A stretch of DNA of 64,000 bases from an uncultured Rickettsiales bacterium (GTDB lineage Bacteria > Margulisbacteria > Marinamargulisbacteria > GCA-2716485 > CAZIFG01): NCBI GenBank assembly GCA_964539135.1, contig CAZIFG010000001.1:83713-147712 (forward strand), in the 5' to 3' direction. Positions 50,051 through 61,036 of the stretch are shown here, piece after piece. Below the pieces are notes generated by a model, which ran no database searches, was not told the origin of the DNA, and saw nothing but the letters and a program-made list of their open reading frames with translations. Both the position numbers and the translations under genes were made by a program. Every line of letters starts with the position of its first letter. The first letter of the stretch is position 1.

Positions 50051-51853
50051 ATGGCAAAAAGAGAAGCAATGAGATTTGAAATAATTATGGATGCGGGTAA
50101 TGGGGCTCAAAAAGCTGGCGACATCCTCATTACAACACTCGCTAAATCAGGGCGATATGTTTTTATTGAACCTATTATTCCTGCTGAGATTAGCCCTCCT
50201 AAACGTACCCCTCATTCAATGTCAGGGGCTATTATTCGTGTAGCGCCTTTTGATCTTACCAATATTGGCAGCACTTCTGAGTTTATGATTGTGGAACATG
50301 AAATTCTTTTAGAGCGACGTTTAACAGATAAAGATTATCAAGTGGGTGGTTTGGTTCTGTTGGATATGCAAGAATCCTCACGTTTTCCTGATGCCTTTAC
50401 CGCAGCTATTCAAAAGGCGGAATCGTGTGGTCTTCGTGTGATTCCCTTCCATATTGATGATGAGTCTTTAGAGATTATGAAATCTTTAAATGGAAATGGT
50501 AAAAATATGTACTATTTAGGGATGTTGACAGCGGCTTTTGCTTTGGATGTTGCGGACATGGAAGCGTCTATTCGTCAGACCTTTAAAAAACTTTCAGAAG
50601 AGAAACTTAGCAAAAACTTATCTATCTTTAAAAACGGTCTTAAAAACGCAGAGGCGATTTTACCTGAGACGTATGAAATTGCGGCGAATCCACCTGAAGG
50701 CGAGCAGCTTTTGTTGGATGGTAATACGGCTATTTCTTTGGGGATTATTGATGCGGGCATTCGCTTCTTTGGGGGATATCCTATTACGCCAGCCTCTTCT
50801 ATTATGCATACTTTGGCTAAAGTTTTTCCTTCGTATGGTGGGGTTCTACATCAAGCGGAAGATGAAATTGCAGCGATTGGGTCTATGGTTGGGGCTTATT
50901 ATGCGGGCGTTCCTGCCGTTACGGCAACGTCTGGACCTGGATTATCTTTGAAACAAGAGTTTATTGGATTTGGGGGAGTAGCTGAAATCCCAGGTATTAT
51001 TATTGATGTTATGAGAGGCGGTCCTTCTACAGGATTACCGACGCGAACAGAGCAAACGGATTTATTTGCAGCTGCCTTTGGCACACATGGGGATTCTGGT
51101 AAAGTGGTGATTAGTGTTTCTAGCGTAGAAGATTGTTTCTATGCGCCTCATGTTGCGAGATATATTACAGAGAAGTTAAAAGCACCTGTTATTATTTTGA
51201 GTGATTATTTAACGTCTGTGAGTTATAAAATTTTACCTAAATTAAAGGTTGTTGAAATGAAGGATAGTGCGGATATTTCCGATGAAATATTGGCGCGATT
51301 TGGATTGACTCGACTGCCTGAAACCATTCAAATGGTGAAAGATAATCAATCTATTCCTGGAGAACCGGATAAAATGAGACGTCTTACAGGTCTTAATACG
51401 GATGCTTCTGGTGGCGTTGGGTATAGCTCAGAAAGCAATCAACGTTCTCACCAAATTCGAAATGAAAAAGTTCACCACGTTAAACGTGCGCTTCAAGTTC
51501 CTGAAATTTTAGGGGATCAAGAAGGCGATTTGTTGGTTATTTCATGGGGTAGCTCTCGTGGCGCCCTTCAAGAGGCCATTGAGAAGGTGCGTTCAGAAGG
51601 ATTGAAAGTTTCAGGTTTGAACTTGAAAGTTGTCTATCCTTTGCCGATGATGTTAACTGATATTTTTTCAAAATTTAAAAAAGTGATTACGGTTGAAGTG
51701 GCTTATGGTGATGAACTTAAGTATACTCAACTGGCGACTTTGCTTCGGTCTGAAACGTTGGTGGATATTAAATGTGGCATTTCCAATGCAACAGGTCGGC
51801 CTTTAAAACCCGAAGATATTATGGCAAAAATTAGACAAGTCGTCGCTGCTTAA
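50051..51853 (+). CDS. korA: 2-oxoacid:ferredoxin oxidoreductase alpha subunit (gamma-alpha fusion), probably 2-oxoglutarate
   Basis: YPITP, QAEDEIAA, TSGPG, RGGPSTGLPT; substrate inferred from TCA context. Confidence 0.9.
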   Translation: MAKREAMRFEIIMDAGNGAQKAGDILITTLAKSGRYVFIEPIIPAEISPPKRTPHSMSGAIIRVAPFDLTNIGSTSEFMIVEHEILLERRLTDKDYQVGGLVLLDMQESSRFPDAFTAAIQKAESCGLRVIPFHIDDESLEIMKSLNGNGKNMYYLGMLTAAFALDVADMEASIRQTFKKLSEEKLSKNLSIFKNGLKNAEAILPETYEIAANPPEGEQLLLDGNTAISLGIIDAGIRFFGGYPITPASSIMHTLAKVFPSYGGVLHQAEDEIAAIGSMVGAYYAGVPAVTATSGPGLSLKQEFIGFGGVAEIPGIIIDVMRGGPSTGLPTRTEQTDLFAAAFGTHGDSGKVVISVSSVEDCFYAPHVARYITEKLKAPVIILSDYLTSVSYKILPKLKVVEMKDSADISDEILARFGLTRLPETIQMVKDNQSIPGEPDKMRRLTGLNTDASGGVGYSSESNQRSHQIRNEKVHHVKRALQVPEILGDQEGDLLVISWGSSRGALQEAIEKVRSEGLKVSGLNLKVVYPLPMMLTDIFSKFKKVITVEVAYGDELKYTQLATLLRSETLVDIKCGISNATGRPLKPEDIMAKIRQVVAA

Positions 51854-51874
51854 GGCTTAAGAAGGAGAGATAAT

Positions 51875-52780
51875 ATGTCAGTAGCACAACAAGAAGCAAA
51901 AATAACAATGAAAGACCTCAAAGCTGCCGATCCTCGGTGGTGTACAGGGTGCGGCGACTATACCATTTTAGTTGGCGTTCGAAAATTTATGGTTCAAAAC
52001 CAATTGCAACCTAAAGATACAGTTAATATTTCAGGGATTGGATGTTCTGGGCGTATGCCTCATTACATGAATACATACGGGCTTCATGGGATTCATGGCC
52101 GTTCGGTTCCTTTGGCTACAGGGGTTGTTTTGGCACGACCTGATCTTAAAGTTTTTGTTCATTCTGGAGATGGAGATTCTTTGAGTATCGGTGGGAATCA
52201 TTTGTTGCATGGAATTTCCAAAAACTTTAATTGTGTTTATATCATGTTTGATAACCAAATTTATGGACTAACCAAGCAACAAACGTCTCCAACTAGCCGT
52301 CAGGGATTGATTACACAATCTCAGCCACAAGGATCTATGATGGCACCCCTTAATCCTATTCGGTTTGCCTTGGGATTGGGTGCGTCTTTTGTTGCCAGTA
52401 CGGCAGAGTGGATGGGACAACATTTTGTCGATACTATTGAACAAGCGTATTTGCATAATGGATTTTCTTTTGTGCATGTGGCGCAGCGATGTCCTAAATT
52501 TAATCCTGCAGCTTGGGATTTTCATAATTCAGCTTGGGTTAACTTTATTGAGCATGAAACGGGCGTAGGTGCAGATACTAAATCGGCACCTGATGCTAAG
52601 GTGATTTCTCATGATCCTACAGATTTACAAGGTGCTTTTGCCCATTCCAATACGGTTCCCAATACGTTTGGATTGTTTTACCGAGAAGCAAAACCTACGT
52701 ATAATGATAAAATACGGGATCATGTGGATCATTCTCCGAAAAAAGATCCCTCTAAATTATTGGATTCTTTTATTATTTAA
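51875..52780 (+). CDS. korB: 2-oxoacid:ferredoxin oxidoreductase beta subunit
   Basis: WCTGCGD, GIGCS, HGR, GDGD TPP motif, YGLTK. Confidence 0.92.
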   Translation: MSVAQQEAKITMKDLKAADPRWCTGCGDYTILVGVRKFMVQNQLQPKDTVNISGIGCSGRMPHYMNTYGLHGIHGRSVPLATGVVLARPDLKVFVHSGDGDSLSIGGNHLLHGISKNFNCVYIMFDNQIYGLTKQQTSPTSRQGLITQSQPQGSMMAPLNPIRFALGLGASFVASTAEWMGQHFVDTIEQAYLHNGFSFVHVAQRCPKFNPAAWDFHNSAWVNFIEHETGVGADTKSAPDAKVISHDPTDLQGAFAHSNTVPNTFGLFYREAKPTYNDKIRDHVDHSPKKDPSKLLDSFII

Positions 52781-52807
52781 CCTGCCTTATAAATCAGGCG
52801 GGGTTTT
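52781..52807 (+). terminator. Possible weak terminator/hairpin after korB
   Basis: CCTGCCT-tataaatc-AGGCGGG followed by GTTTT. Confidence 0.3.
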
Positions 52808-52819
52808 AAGGGGTGTGCG

Positions 52820-53152
52820 ATGGGTGAACATGAAATCAAAGAAGTCTCTTGTTCCGAACTTAAAAAGATGATTGATTCCAATGTGGATTTTACCCTTTTA
52901 GATGTTCGAAACCCGGAGGAGTTCGAAGTTTGTAACATTAAAAAATCTATCTTAGTGCCGTTTTCTGAAATTGAAGAGCATTTAGATGATTTTAACAAAG
53001 ATGAAGAGTATGTGGTCCATTGTAAGTTAGGGGGGAAAAGTACAGAAGCGGTACAGATGATGTTGGATAAGGGCTTTCACAATGTGAAACTTTTATCCGG
53101 TGGACTTTTAAAATGGTCTGCAGAAATTGAACCTGATATGAAAACATTTTAA
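52820..53152 (+). CDS. Single-domain rhodanese
   Basis: LLDVRNPEE, HCKLGGKS active-site loop, LSGGLLKW. Confidence 0.9.
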   Translation: MGEHEIKEVSCSELKKMIDSNVDFTLLDVRNPEEFEVCNIKKSILVPFSEIEEHLDDFNKDEEYVVHCKLGGKSTEAVQMMLDKGFHNVKLLSGGLLKWSAEIEPDMKTF

Positions 53153-53168
53153 TCTTAAGGAGTAGAAT

Positions 53169-54092
53169 ATGGCAAAACCAAAAGTAACCGTTGTTGGGGC
53201 AGGACATGTAGGAGCTACAGCCGCTCAACGCATTGTTGAAAAACAATTGGCGGATGTTGTTCTTATTGATATTGTTGAAGGACTTCCTCAAGGTAAAGCG
53301 TTAGATATGATGCAATCTGCAGCGACAGAAGGCTTTGATACTCATATTGTGGGTACCAATGATTATGTGGACACGGCAAATTCGGATGTGGTTGTGATTA
53401 CGGCAGGTGTTGCGCGTAAACCTGGTATGTCTCGTGATGACCTTTTGAATATTAATGCCTCTATTGTTAAAGGGGTTACAGAGCAACTTATTAAATATTC
53501 GCCGAATGCCATTATTGTTGTGGTGTCTAATCCCTTAGATGTTATGACTCAATTGGCTTGGAAAGTGTCTGGGTTTGACTCTAAGCGTGTGATTGGAATG
53601 GCGGGAGTTTTAGATTCTTCTCGTTATGCTTGCTTTATTGCTGAAGCCTTGAATTGTTCCATTAAAGATGTTCGGGCTATGGTGTTGGGTGGACATGGGG
53701 ATACAATGGTACCTGTTCCTCAATATACAACGGTTAATGGTATTTCGATTACAGAATTGTTGCCTGCAGATATCATTGATGCTATTAATACCCGAACTCG
53801 AAATGGTGGGGCGGAAATTGTGGCGCATTTAAAAACAGGTAGCGCCTATTATGCACCTTCGGCTTCTGCGGTTGCGATGGTCGAAGCCATTTTATTGGAT
53901 TCAGGTCGTATTTTACCCTGTTGCTGCCTTTTAAAAGGGGAGTATGGCGTGAACGATTTGTATTGTGGGGTTCCTGTTGAGTTAGGTAAAGAGGGTGTGC
54001 GCCGTGTGATAGAACTTCCGCTTAATTCGGTCGAACTTTCTGCCCTTCAAAATTCCGTTTCTGCTGTTAAAGAGCTTGCTGCGAAACTGTAG
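53169..54092 (+). CDS. mdh: Malate dehydrogenase (LDH-like)
   Basis: [26 protein letters not shown]. Confidence 0.96.
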   Translation: MAKPKVTVVGAGHVGATAAQRIVEKQLADVVLIDIVEGLPQGKALDMMQSAATEGFDTHIVGTNDYVDTANSDVVVITAGVARKPGMSRDDLLNINASIVKGVTEQLIKYSPNAIIVVVSNPLDVMTQLAWKVSGFDSKRVIGMAGVLDSSRYACFIAEALNCSIKDVRAMVLGGHGDTMVPVPQYTTVNGISITELLPADIIDAINTRTRNGGAEIVAHLKTGSAYYAPSASAVAMVEAILLDSGRILPCCCLLKGEYGVNDLYCGVPVELGKEGVRRVIELPLNSVELSALQNSVSAVKELAAKL

Positions 54093-54160
54093 ATTTTTTT
54101 ACGTTTGTTTTTAGGTCTTTTCCTTGTATACTCAAAAGAGTTTACAAGGAGGCCTTTTTT

Positions 54161-54508
54161 ATGACGGTGATCGATTTTTTGATTGGTGCTGTTTTTTTTC
54201 TTGTGTTGTGCTTTGGGGCTTACTGTGTGATTTCTGCCCGTAAGTTGGTGGGGCTTCGTGCCCTTGCCTATTTGAACATGTTTTTTGGACTTGTTTTTGT
54301 TTTGATGATGTTGGGGCAAGATGTTTTTAAATCCGAGATTTTGTCGTCTTATTTAACGCTTTTTTTAGGGTTTGGGGGATGTATTGTGGCGCTGATGCTG
54401 TTTTATGCTTTTTTTCGGCCTTTATATCGACTTGCCCTTTTATGGATGTTTTTAGGATATTTATTGCCTCTTTTAGGACTTGTTTTTTTAGTACACCACT
54501 TTTTTTAA
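54161..54508 (+). CDS. Hypothetical small membrane protein
   Basis: AGGAGG RBS; about four hydrophobic helices. Confidence 0.6.
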   Translation: MTVIDFLIGAVFFLVLCFGAYCVISARKLVGLRALAYLNMFFGLVFVLMMLGQDVFKSEILSSYLTLFLGFGGCIVALMLFYAFFRPLYRLALLWMFLGYLLPLLGLVFLVHHFF

Positions 54509-55465
54509 GTGGGGCTTTGGGGTTATGGGGATGAATCGTTCCTCTATAAATGATTTTTCTGTTTTGTTTCGCGCTACAATTTCAATCTCAAGATTGTACA
54601 AACTGGCAATGTGACATAGAAACGTATCATAACTGATGAGTTTTTTGATCTTGGGGTGACTTAACAGCACGACGGTGTCTTCTAACGATAGCTGTCCTCT
54701 TAAATCCATCGTAATAAATTCGGGACATTCAGGTCTTTCTTTGTTGTCTTTTTGACTTCCAATATAGAGTAAGGCTGTATTTTTTTTGCTTTCTTTTTTT
54801 CCTAGGGTATGGAGTAGTGTTAATCTTTTGTAGGCTTGGTAAAAATGAGAGGCGACATAATCGTTGTATAGAGCGCTGTTTTTGTCAGTGGGAAGAGGGA
54901 TGGGTAATGAATGTGCTTGAAAGTTTGGGGCTTCTTGCGTTTGGAGTAATTTCGGTTGGGGATTTATTTTTACTTCTGTTTGTGTGTTGATGTAGTGACA
55001 AATTTGGAGATAGATGAGTTCTGAAATGGAGGCTTTTCCAGGTAAGGTTCTAAAATTGAGTCCTAATGAATGGTAGCTTCCCTTTAAGGTTTGAGAGAGA
55101 TGGTGTGCCATTTCATCCTTTGCCAGGACGATTTCTCCTGTTAATTCTGGTAATTCTTCTATTAAGGCAATTGGAATACCAGAGGCTTTGAAGAAAAAGT
55201 CCAGTGCGCTGGGTCCAATGATCTGGCAGTCGATGCCTTGAGATTGGAGTAATTTGAGAGGAGACCAAAAATAGAGTTGGTCTCCCAAGTGCATGAACTG
55301 AGGTTTAAAGCAGGCGACTACAATTTTTTTGTTGAACCGATGGCTCCCTTTTTTACACCATTTAAGTCCAGGCTCCTGATGATAGCCCTCTTTGTAGTGG
55401 GCTATTTTGGAGCCTATGAGTTGATAGACTTTGTTGATGTAGTAGGCAATCACCTTATCTGCCAA
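54488..55465 (-). CDS. Divergent GT9 (heptosyltransferase-like) glycosyltransferase
   Basis: HLGDQ near the N-terminus; [20 protein letters not shown] resembles the GT9 C-terminal motif. Confidence 0.55.
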   Translation of the reverse strand: MADKVIAYYINKVYQLIGSKIAHYKEGYHQEPGLKWCKKGSHRFNKKIVVACFKPQFMHLGDQLYFWSPLKLLQSQGIDCQIIGPSALDFFFKASGIPIALIEELPELTGEIVLAKDEMAHHLSQTLKGSYHSLGLNFRTLPGKASISELIYLQICHYINTQTEVKINPQPKLLQTQEAPNFQAHSLPIPLPTDKNSALYNDYVASHFYQAYKRLTLLHTLGKKESKKNTALLYIGSQKDNKERPECPEFITMDLRGQLSLEDTVVLLSHPKIKKLISYDTFLCHIASLYNLEIEIVARNKTEKSFIEERFIPITPKPHLKKVVY

Positions 55466-56834
55466 TCATTTGTTCTGGTTTTACGGTTGCGTCAAACGCT
55501 TCTTCATTCAGTAAGTTGAGTGCCAGTGTGGCTTCTTTTAAGGTTAGATTTTCTTTATGGGCTTTTTTGGCAATGGCGGCTGCATTATCGTATCCTATTT
55601 TTGTATTTAACGCGGTGACCAACATCAGGGAATTATTTAAATTCTTTTTGATATTGACATAATTGGGTTCAATGCCTACAGCGCAGTGGTCATTGAAACT
55701 ATTTGTACCATCGGCCAACAACCGAATTGATTGCAAGAGGTTGTAAATGATGATGGGGTTGTAAACATTGAGTTGGAAGTTACCTGATGCTGCTGCAAAT
55801 CCTATAGCGGCATCACAGCCCATGACGTGTACGGCGATCATGGTGAGTGCTTCACACTGTGTGGGGTTCACTTTTCCAGGCATGATACTGGATCCTGGCT
55901 CATTTTCTGGAATGAGGAGTTCTCCAAGTCCACATCTGGGTCCAGAGGCTGACCAGCGAATATCGTTTGCAATTTTAAATAAGGATCCTGCAATGGTTCT
56001 GAGGACACCGCTCATTTCTGATAGGGCGTCATGAGCTGATAGGGCTTCAAATTTATTGGGGGCAGAAACAAAAGGCAGGTGTGTTTCTTTGGCAATGATA
56101 GCTGCTACTTTTTCGCTATATCCTTTGGGTGTGTTTAGGCCTGTGCCCACAGCCGTTCCGCCTAAGGCCAATTCATACAGATGTGGCAGTGCATTTTCAA
56201 TTCGTTTCAAACTGTTTTCTAATTGCTGTACGTAACCTGAAAATTCTTGGCCTACTGTTAAGGGCGTTGCATCCATTAAATGGGTTCTGCCAATTTTGAC
56301 AATGCCATCAAATTCTGTCGCTTTTGATGCAAAAGTTGCTTTGAGCCGTTTTAATGCAGGGATGAGGCGTCGGTTGATTTCTACAGCGGCTGAAATGTGC
56401 ATGGCGGTAGGAAAGGTATCATTAGATGATTGGGATTTGTTTACATCATCGTTGGGATGTATGGGGGTTTTGCTTCCAATAACACCGCCTGCAATTTCAA
56501 TGGCTCTGTTGGAGATGACTTCGTTGCAGTTCATGTTGGTTTGCGTGCCGGAACCGGTTTGCCATACTGTAAGCGGGAAGTGATCATCGAGTGTGCCTTG
56601 AATGACTTCGTTTGCAGCTTTGACAATAAGGTTTACCTTTTCTTGAGATAAAACGCCGCATTCTAGATTGGCAAGGGCGCATGCTTTTTTCATGACGCCA
56701 AAGGCTTCTATGAATTCTCTTGGAAAGGTTTCTCTGCCAATATCAAAATTTTGTAAGGATCGCGCGGATTGAGCGCCGTAATATTTGTCGCTTGGAACTT
56801 CGATTTCACCCATTGTATCTTTTTCAATTCTCAT
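55455..56834 (-). CDS. fumC: Fumarate hydratase class II
   Basis: [25 protein letters not shown]; ATG start 7 nt after AAGGA. Confidence 0.97.
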   Translation of the reverse strand: MRIEKDTMGEIEVPSDKYYGAQSARSLQNFDIGRETFPREFIEAFGVMKKACALANLECGVLSQEKVNLIVKAANEVIQGTLDDHFPLTVWQTGSGTQTNMNCNEVISNRAIEIAGGVIGSKTPIHPNDDVNKSQSSNDTFPTAMHISAAVEINRRLIPALKRLKATFASKATEFDGIVKIGRTHLMDATPLTVGQEFSGYVQQLENSLKRIENALPHLYELALGGTAVGTGLNTPKGYSEKVAAIIAKETHLPFVSAPNKFEALSAHDALSEMSGVLRTIAGSLFKIANDIRWSASGPRCGLGELLIPENEPGSSIMPGKVNPTQCEALTMIAVHVMGCDAAIGFAAASGNFQLNVYNPIIIYNLLQSIRLLADGTNSFNDHCAVGIEPNYVNIKKNLNNSLMLVTALNTKIGYDNAAAIAKKAHKENLTLKEATLALNLLNEEAFDATVKPEQMIGR

Positions 56835-56862
56835 GATCATATCCTTTTTTGACTTAAATTCT

Positions 56863-56880
56863 GCTTTTCGCAACAGTCTC
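56863..56880. repeat. Lone terminal inverted-repeat remnant of the element family
   Basis: GCTTTTCGCAACAGTCTC. Confidence 0.55.
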
Positions 56881-57011
56881 TTTATATAAGGGTAGCCAAT
56901 GCCTAAACCTGGCTACTTGCCCCCCTATTGTATCCTGAGATGTTGCTTGCTGCAATTAAGAAGGGTATAATGCCAGCCGTATTAATAATTTGATGATAAA
57001 GAGGGCTTTTA

Positions 57012-57692
57012 ATGTTAAAACAGTATTTTTCTTCCTCCATCGGTAAAAAACAGATGGTGGCAATTACAGGACTGATGATGGTTCTGTTTTTGATTGGGCA
57101 TTTATCGGGCAATATGCTCCTTTATAAGGGTCCAGACGCTTATAATGGGTACGCTGAGTTCTTAAAGAGTTTAGGCGGTATTTTGTGGTTTATGCGCATT
57201 GGCATGATTACAGCTGTTGTTTTACATTTTTATTTTACGATTTCTTTGGTGATTCAAAATAGAAGAGCGCGAGGCAGCGCTTATGCAGCGCCTTTGCATA
57301 AAGAGACACGGTCTTTATCAACGAAGTTAATGCCCGTTTCAGGACTTATTCTCTTGGCCTATATTATTACGCATCTATTGGATTATACCTTTGTGGTTTC
57401 TCTGGATAATACATTTTTATATGGTCAGGATTTTGGATTATATGGATTGGTTGTGAATTCTTTTATGAATCCTGTTCGTGTGGTTTGGTATCTGATTGCC
57501 ATGCTTTCAGTTGGGTTTCATTTGACCCATGCAGTTCAAAGTATTTTTCAAACTTTTGGATTTAATCATGCGGTTTATACCCCTGTTATTAAAAAGGCCA
57601 GTGTATGTTTGGGTATTTTAATTGCCCTTGGATTTGCGGCAATTCCGCTTTATGTCGTATTTGTATTTAGCAGTGCGTGTGCTGTAGGTTAA
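57012..57692 (+). CDS. sdhC: Succinate dehydrogenase cytochrome b subunit (b558-type)
   Basis: [28 protein letters not shown]. Confidence 0.92.
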   Translation: MLKQYFSSSIGKKQMVAITGLMMVLFLIGHLSGNMLLYKGPDAYNGYAEFLKSLGGILWFMRIGMITAVVLHFYFTISLVIQNRRARGSAYAAPLHKETRSLSTKLMPVSGLILLAYIITHLLDYTFVVSLDNTFLYGQDFGLYGLVVNSFMNPVRVVWYLIAMLSVGFHLTHAVQSIFQTFGFNHAVYTPVIKKASVCLGILIALGFAAIPLYVVFVFSSACAVG

Positions 57693-57702
57693 GGAGAGTT
57701 CA

Positions 57703-59622
57703 ATGACGCATATTTTAGATTCAAAAGTTCCTTCAGGTCCTATAGAAGAAAAATGGACGAAGCATAAATTCGATATGAAATTGGTTAACCCTGCCAATAA
57801 ACGAAAATTTACGGTTATTGTTGTTGGGACAGGATTAGCAGGCGCTTCAGCGGCGGCTACGATGGCCGAGCTGGGCTATCATGTTAAGTCTTTTTGTTTT
57901 CAAGATAGTCCTCGACGTGCGCATAGTATTGCGGCTCAGGGTGGTATTAATGCGGCTAAAAACTACCCCAATGATGGGGATAGTGTTCATCGTCTTTTTT
58001 ACGATACTGTAAAAGGCGGAGACTATCGGTCTCGCGAAGCGAATGTGCATCGTTTGGCCGAGGTTTCTTTAAATATTATTGACCAATGTGCGGCTCAAGG
58101 GGTTCCTTTTGCGCGAGAGTATGGAGGCTTATTGGATAATCGCTCTTTTGGCGGTGCCCAAGTATCCCGTACGTTTTATGCGCGTGGCCAAACCGGACAA
58201 CAACTTCTTTTAGGCGCCTACAGTGCCTTAATGAAAGAAGTGGATAATGGGGGTGTTACGCTTTATACCCGACGTGAAATGTTGGAATTGGTTCTTGTGG
58301 ATGGTCGTGCGCGTGGGATTATTGTTCGTAATTTGGTGACGGGCGAAATTGAAAAACATGAAGGCGATGCCGTGTGTTTGGCAACCGGTGGTTATGGCAA
58401 TGTTTTCTTTTTATCTACCAATGCCATGGGGAGCAATGTTACGGCAGCCTGGCGTGCGCATAAAAAGGGTGCTTTTTTTGCGAACCCTTGTTATACGCAA
58501 ATTCATCCGACTTGCATTCCTGTTCATGGGGATATGCAATCTAAATTGACATTGATGAGTGAAAGTTTACGTAATGATGGTCGGGTATGGGTGCCTAAAA
58601 AACCAGGAGATACGCGACTTCCAAGTCAAATTCCAGATAGTGAGAGAGACTATTATTTGGAACGTAAATATCCCAGTTTTGGGAACTTAGTACCTCGAGA
58701 TTTGGCGTCTCGTAATGCAAAATCTGTGTGTGATGATGGATTGGGTGTAGGTTCTTCTGCGTTGGCGGTTTATTTGGATTTTGCGGATGCGATCCGACGT
58801 TTAGGGGAACCTGTTGTGAAAGAACGTTATGGCAATCTTTTTGATATGTATGAGCGTATTTCAGGTGAAAATCCCTATGAAACACCTATGAAAATTTATC
58901 CTGCTGTTCATTATACGATGGGGGGCTTGTGGGTAGATTATGAACTTCAAAGTACGATTCCAGGCCTTTTTGTTTTGGGTGAAGCGAACTTTTCGGATCA
59001 CGGGGCGAATCGCTTGGGAGCAAGTGCTCTTATGCAAGGCCTTGCGGATGGGTATTTTGTTGCACCCTATACCGTAGGAAACTATTTGGCACAAGGCGGT
59101 CTTAAAAAAGTCAGTACAGATGATGCTGAATTTAAGGCAGCGGCAGAACAAGCAACGGGACAAATCTCTAAGTTGTTGTCCATTAAAGGGAAGCGTACTG
59201 TGGATGATTTCCATAAGGAATTGGGGCTCTTGATGTGGGATAAGTGCGGTATGTCACGTACAGATGCAGGCTTAAAAGAGGCCCTTGAAAAGATCCCTCA
59301 AATTCGAGAAGAGTTTTGGAAAAATGTCACAGTGACAGGATCTGCGGGTGACTTTAATCAAGTGTTGGAGCGTGCCGGACGGGTTGCTGATTTCTTAGAA
59401 TTTGGTCAGCTCATGTGTGAAGATGCCTTGCATCGTAAAGAATCTTGTGGGGGGCATTTCAGAGAAGAGAGTCAAACAGAAGAAGGCGAAGCGCTTCGGA
59501 ATGATGATGAGTTCTGTTATGTAGGTGCTTGGGAGTTTAAAGGACTGGATAAGGCGTCAGAGCTTCACAAGGAGCCGTTGACGTTTGAAACTGTTAAATT
59601 GTCGCAAAGAAGCTATAAGTAG
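57703..59622 (+). CDS. sdhA: Succinate dehydrogenase/fumarate reductase flavoprotein
   Basis: [36 protein letters not shown]. Confidence 0.96.
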   Translation: MTHILDSKVPSGPIEEKWTKHKFDMKLVNPANKRKFTVIVVGTGLAGASAAATMAELGYHVKSFCFQDSPRRAHSIAAQGGINAAKNYPNDGDSVHRLFYDTVKGGDYRSREANVHRLAEVSLNIIDQCAAQGVPFAREYGGLLDNRSFGGAQVSRTFYARGQTGQQLLLGAYSALMKEVDNGGVTLYTRREMLELVLVDGRARGIIVRNLVTGEIEKHEGDAVCLATGGYGNVFFLSTNAMGSNVTAAWRAHKKGAFFANPCYTQIHPTCIPVHGDMQSKLTLMSESLRNDGRVWVPKKPGDTRLPSQIPDSERDYYLERKYPSFGNLVPRDLASRNAKSVCDDGLGVGSSALAVYLDFADAIRRLGEPVVKERYGNLFDMYERISGENPYETPMKIYPAVHYTMGGLWVDYELQSTIPGLFVLGEANFSDHGANRLGASALMQGLADGYFVAPYTVGNYLAQGGLKKVSTDDAEFKAAAEQATGQISKLLSIKGKRTVDDFHKELGLLMWDKCGMSRTDAGLKEALEKIPQIREEFWKNVTVTGSAGDFNQVLERAGRVADFLEFGQLMCEDALHRKESCGGHFREESQTEEGEALRNDDEFCYVGAWEFKGLDKASELHKEPLTFETVKLSQRSYK

Positions 59623-59635
59623 AGGTGAGGGTATT

Positions 59636-60397
59636 ATGAGTTCTAAAATTAATTTGACATTAAAAGTTTGGAGACAAAGTGCCGCTCGCAGTTCAGGCAC
59701 TTTTGAAACGTACGAGGCTAAAAATATTGATACGGGTTCTTCATTTCTTGAAATGTTGGACGGTGTGAATGAAGAATTACAATCGGCGGGTAAAGAGCCT
59801 ATTGCGTTTGACCATGATTGTCGAGAAGGTATTTGTGGGATGTGTGGTGCGGTTGTAAATGGGCATGCTCATGGACCTCAAAAAGAAACGACTTTATGTC
59901 AATTGCACATGAGAAAATTTAAAGATGGGGAAACCTTGGTTATTGAGCCTTTTAGATCTCGAGCTTTGCCTGTTGTTAAAGATTTGGTTGTCGATCGATC
60001 GGCTTTTGATCGTGTTATTTCGGCTGGTGGGTATGTGTCTGTTAAAACAGGGGGCGTTCCAGATGCCAATGCAATTCCCATTCCAAAACGCAATGCGGAT
60101 CTTGCGATGGATGCGGCTCAGTGTATTGGGTGTGCAGCCTGTGTTGCAGCGTGTCCGAATGCCTCTGCTATGTTGTTTGTTTCTGCTAAAGTCAGTCACT
60201 TGGCTTTATTGCCTCAGGGACAACCCGAGAGACAGCGTCGTGTGTTGAGAATGGTGTCTCAAATGGATAAAGAAGGGTTTGGAAACTGTTCCAATGAATA
60301 TCAGTGTGAAGCCGCATGTCCTAAGGGGATTAGCGTTCAAAATATTGCGAGAATGAATAGAGATTATCTTAAAGCGCGGTTTGCATCGGAGCTTTAA
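59636..60397 (+). CDS. sdhB: Succinate dehydrogenase/fumarate reductase Fe-S subunit
   Basis: [33 protein letters not shown]; ATG at 59636. Confidence 0.96.
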   Translation: MSSKINLTLKVWRQSAARSSGTFETYEAKNIDTGSSFLEMLDGVNEELQSAGKEPIAFDHDCREGICGMCGAVVNGHAHGPQKETTLCQLHMRKFKDGETLVIEPFRSRALPVVKDLVVDRSAFDRVISAGGYVSVKTGGVPDANAIPIPKRNADLAMDAAQCIGCAACVAACPNASAMLFVSAKVSHLALLPQGQPERQRRVLRMVSQMDKEGFGNCSNEYQCEAACPKGISVQNIARMNRDYLKARFASEL

Positions 60398-60993
60398 TGG
60401 ACTCTCTTAAATCCTGTATTGCTCGTTCTTTTGAAGAGGCTGTGGATTTGTCTTCATCTTACTTAAGGGATGAGACGGTCCACCATCTTGTAGAACATGT
60501 TTCCCTTCATTTAGCCACGGCTTTTGATCAAGGTCATAAAGCCCTCATTTGTGGGAATGGAGGGTCTGCCTGCGATGCCATGCATTTTGCGGAGGAGTTC
60601 ACGGGTCGATATCGTTCTAATAGAAGGGCTTTGCCGGTTATTTCTTTGACAGATTCGTCCCATATTACCTGTGTGGGCAATGATTACGGGTTTGAGTCTA
60701 TCTTTTCTCGTGGGGTTGAGGCTTATGGTCAACCTGGTGATGTTTTTTTTGGCCTGTCTACGAGCGGTAATTCTGCTAATATTATTCGGGCTTTAGAGGC
60801 CGCACAAGAGAGGGGGCTTTATACGGTTTTGCTCTTGGGAAAAGAGGGGGGATCCCTTAAAGGGCGTGCGGATGTGGAGTTTATTGTTCCTGCGAAAACA
60901 GCGGATCGTATTCAGGAAATTCATATGACGCTTCTTCATGTTGTGATTGAAATTGTGGAGAGACACCTTTTCCCAGATCTTTATTTGGATTGA
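60397..60993 (+). CDS. gmhA: Phosphoheptose isomerase
   Basis: CGNGGSACDAMHFAEE, GNDYG, STSGNS, RIQEIH. Confidence 0.95.
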   Translation: MDSLKSCIARSFEEAVDLSSSYLRDETVHHLVEHVSLHLATAFDQGHKALICGNGGSACDAMHFAEEFTGRYRSNRRALPVISLTDSSHITCVGNDYGFESIFSRGVEAYGQPGDVFFGLSTSGNSANIIRALEAAQERGLYTVLLLGKEGGSLKGRADVEFIVPAKTADRIQEIHMTLLHVVIEIVERHLFPDLYLD

Positions 60994-61036
60994 TTGTCGT
61001 TTTGTTCGACGTTTTTTCTTGTGATATACTTTTTTT

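Noticed and set aside
56835-56873. N-terminal extension of FumC in the ORF track
   Set aside because: The TTG start lies in a TIR remnant; the RBS and family N-terminus (MRIEKD) support 56834.
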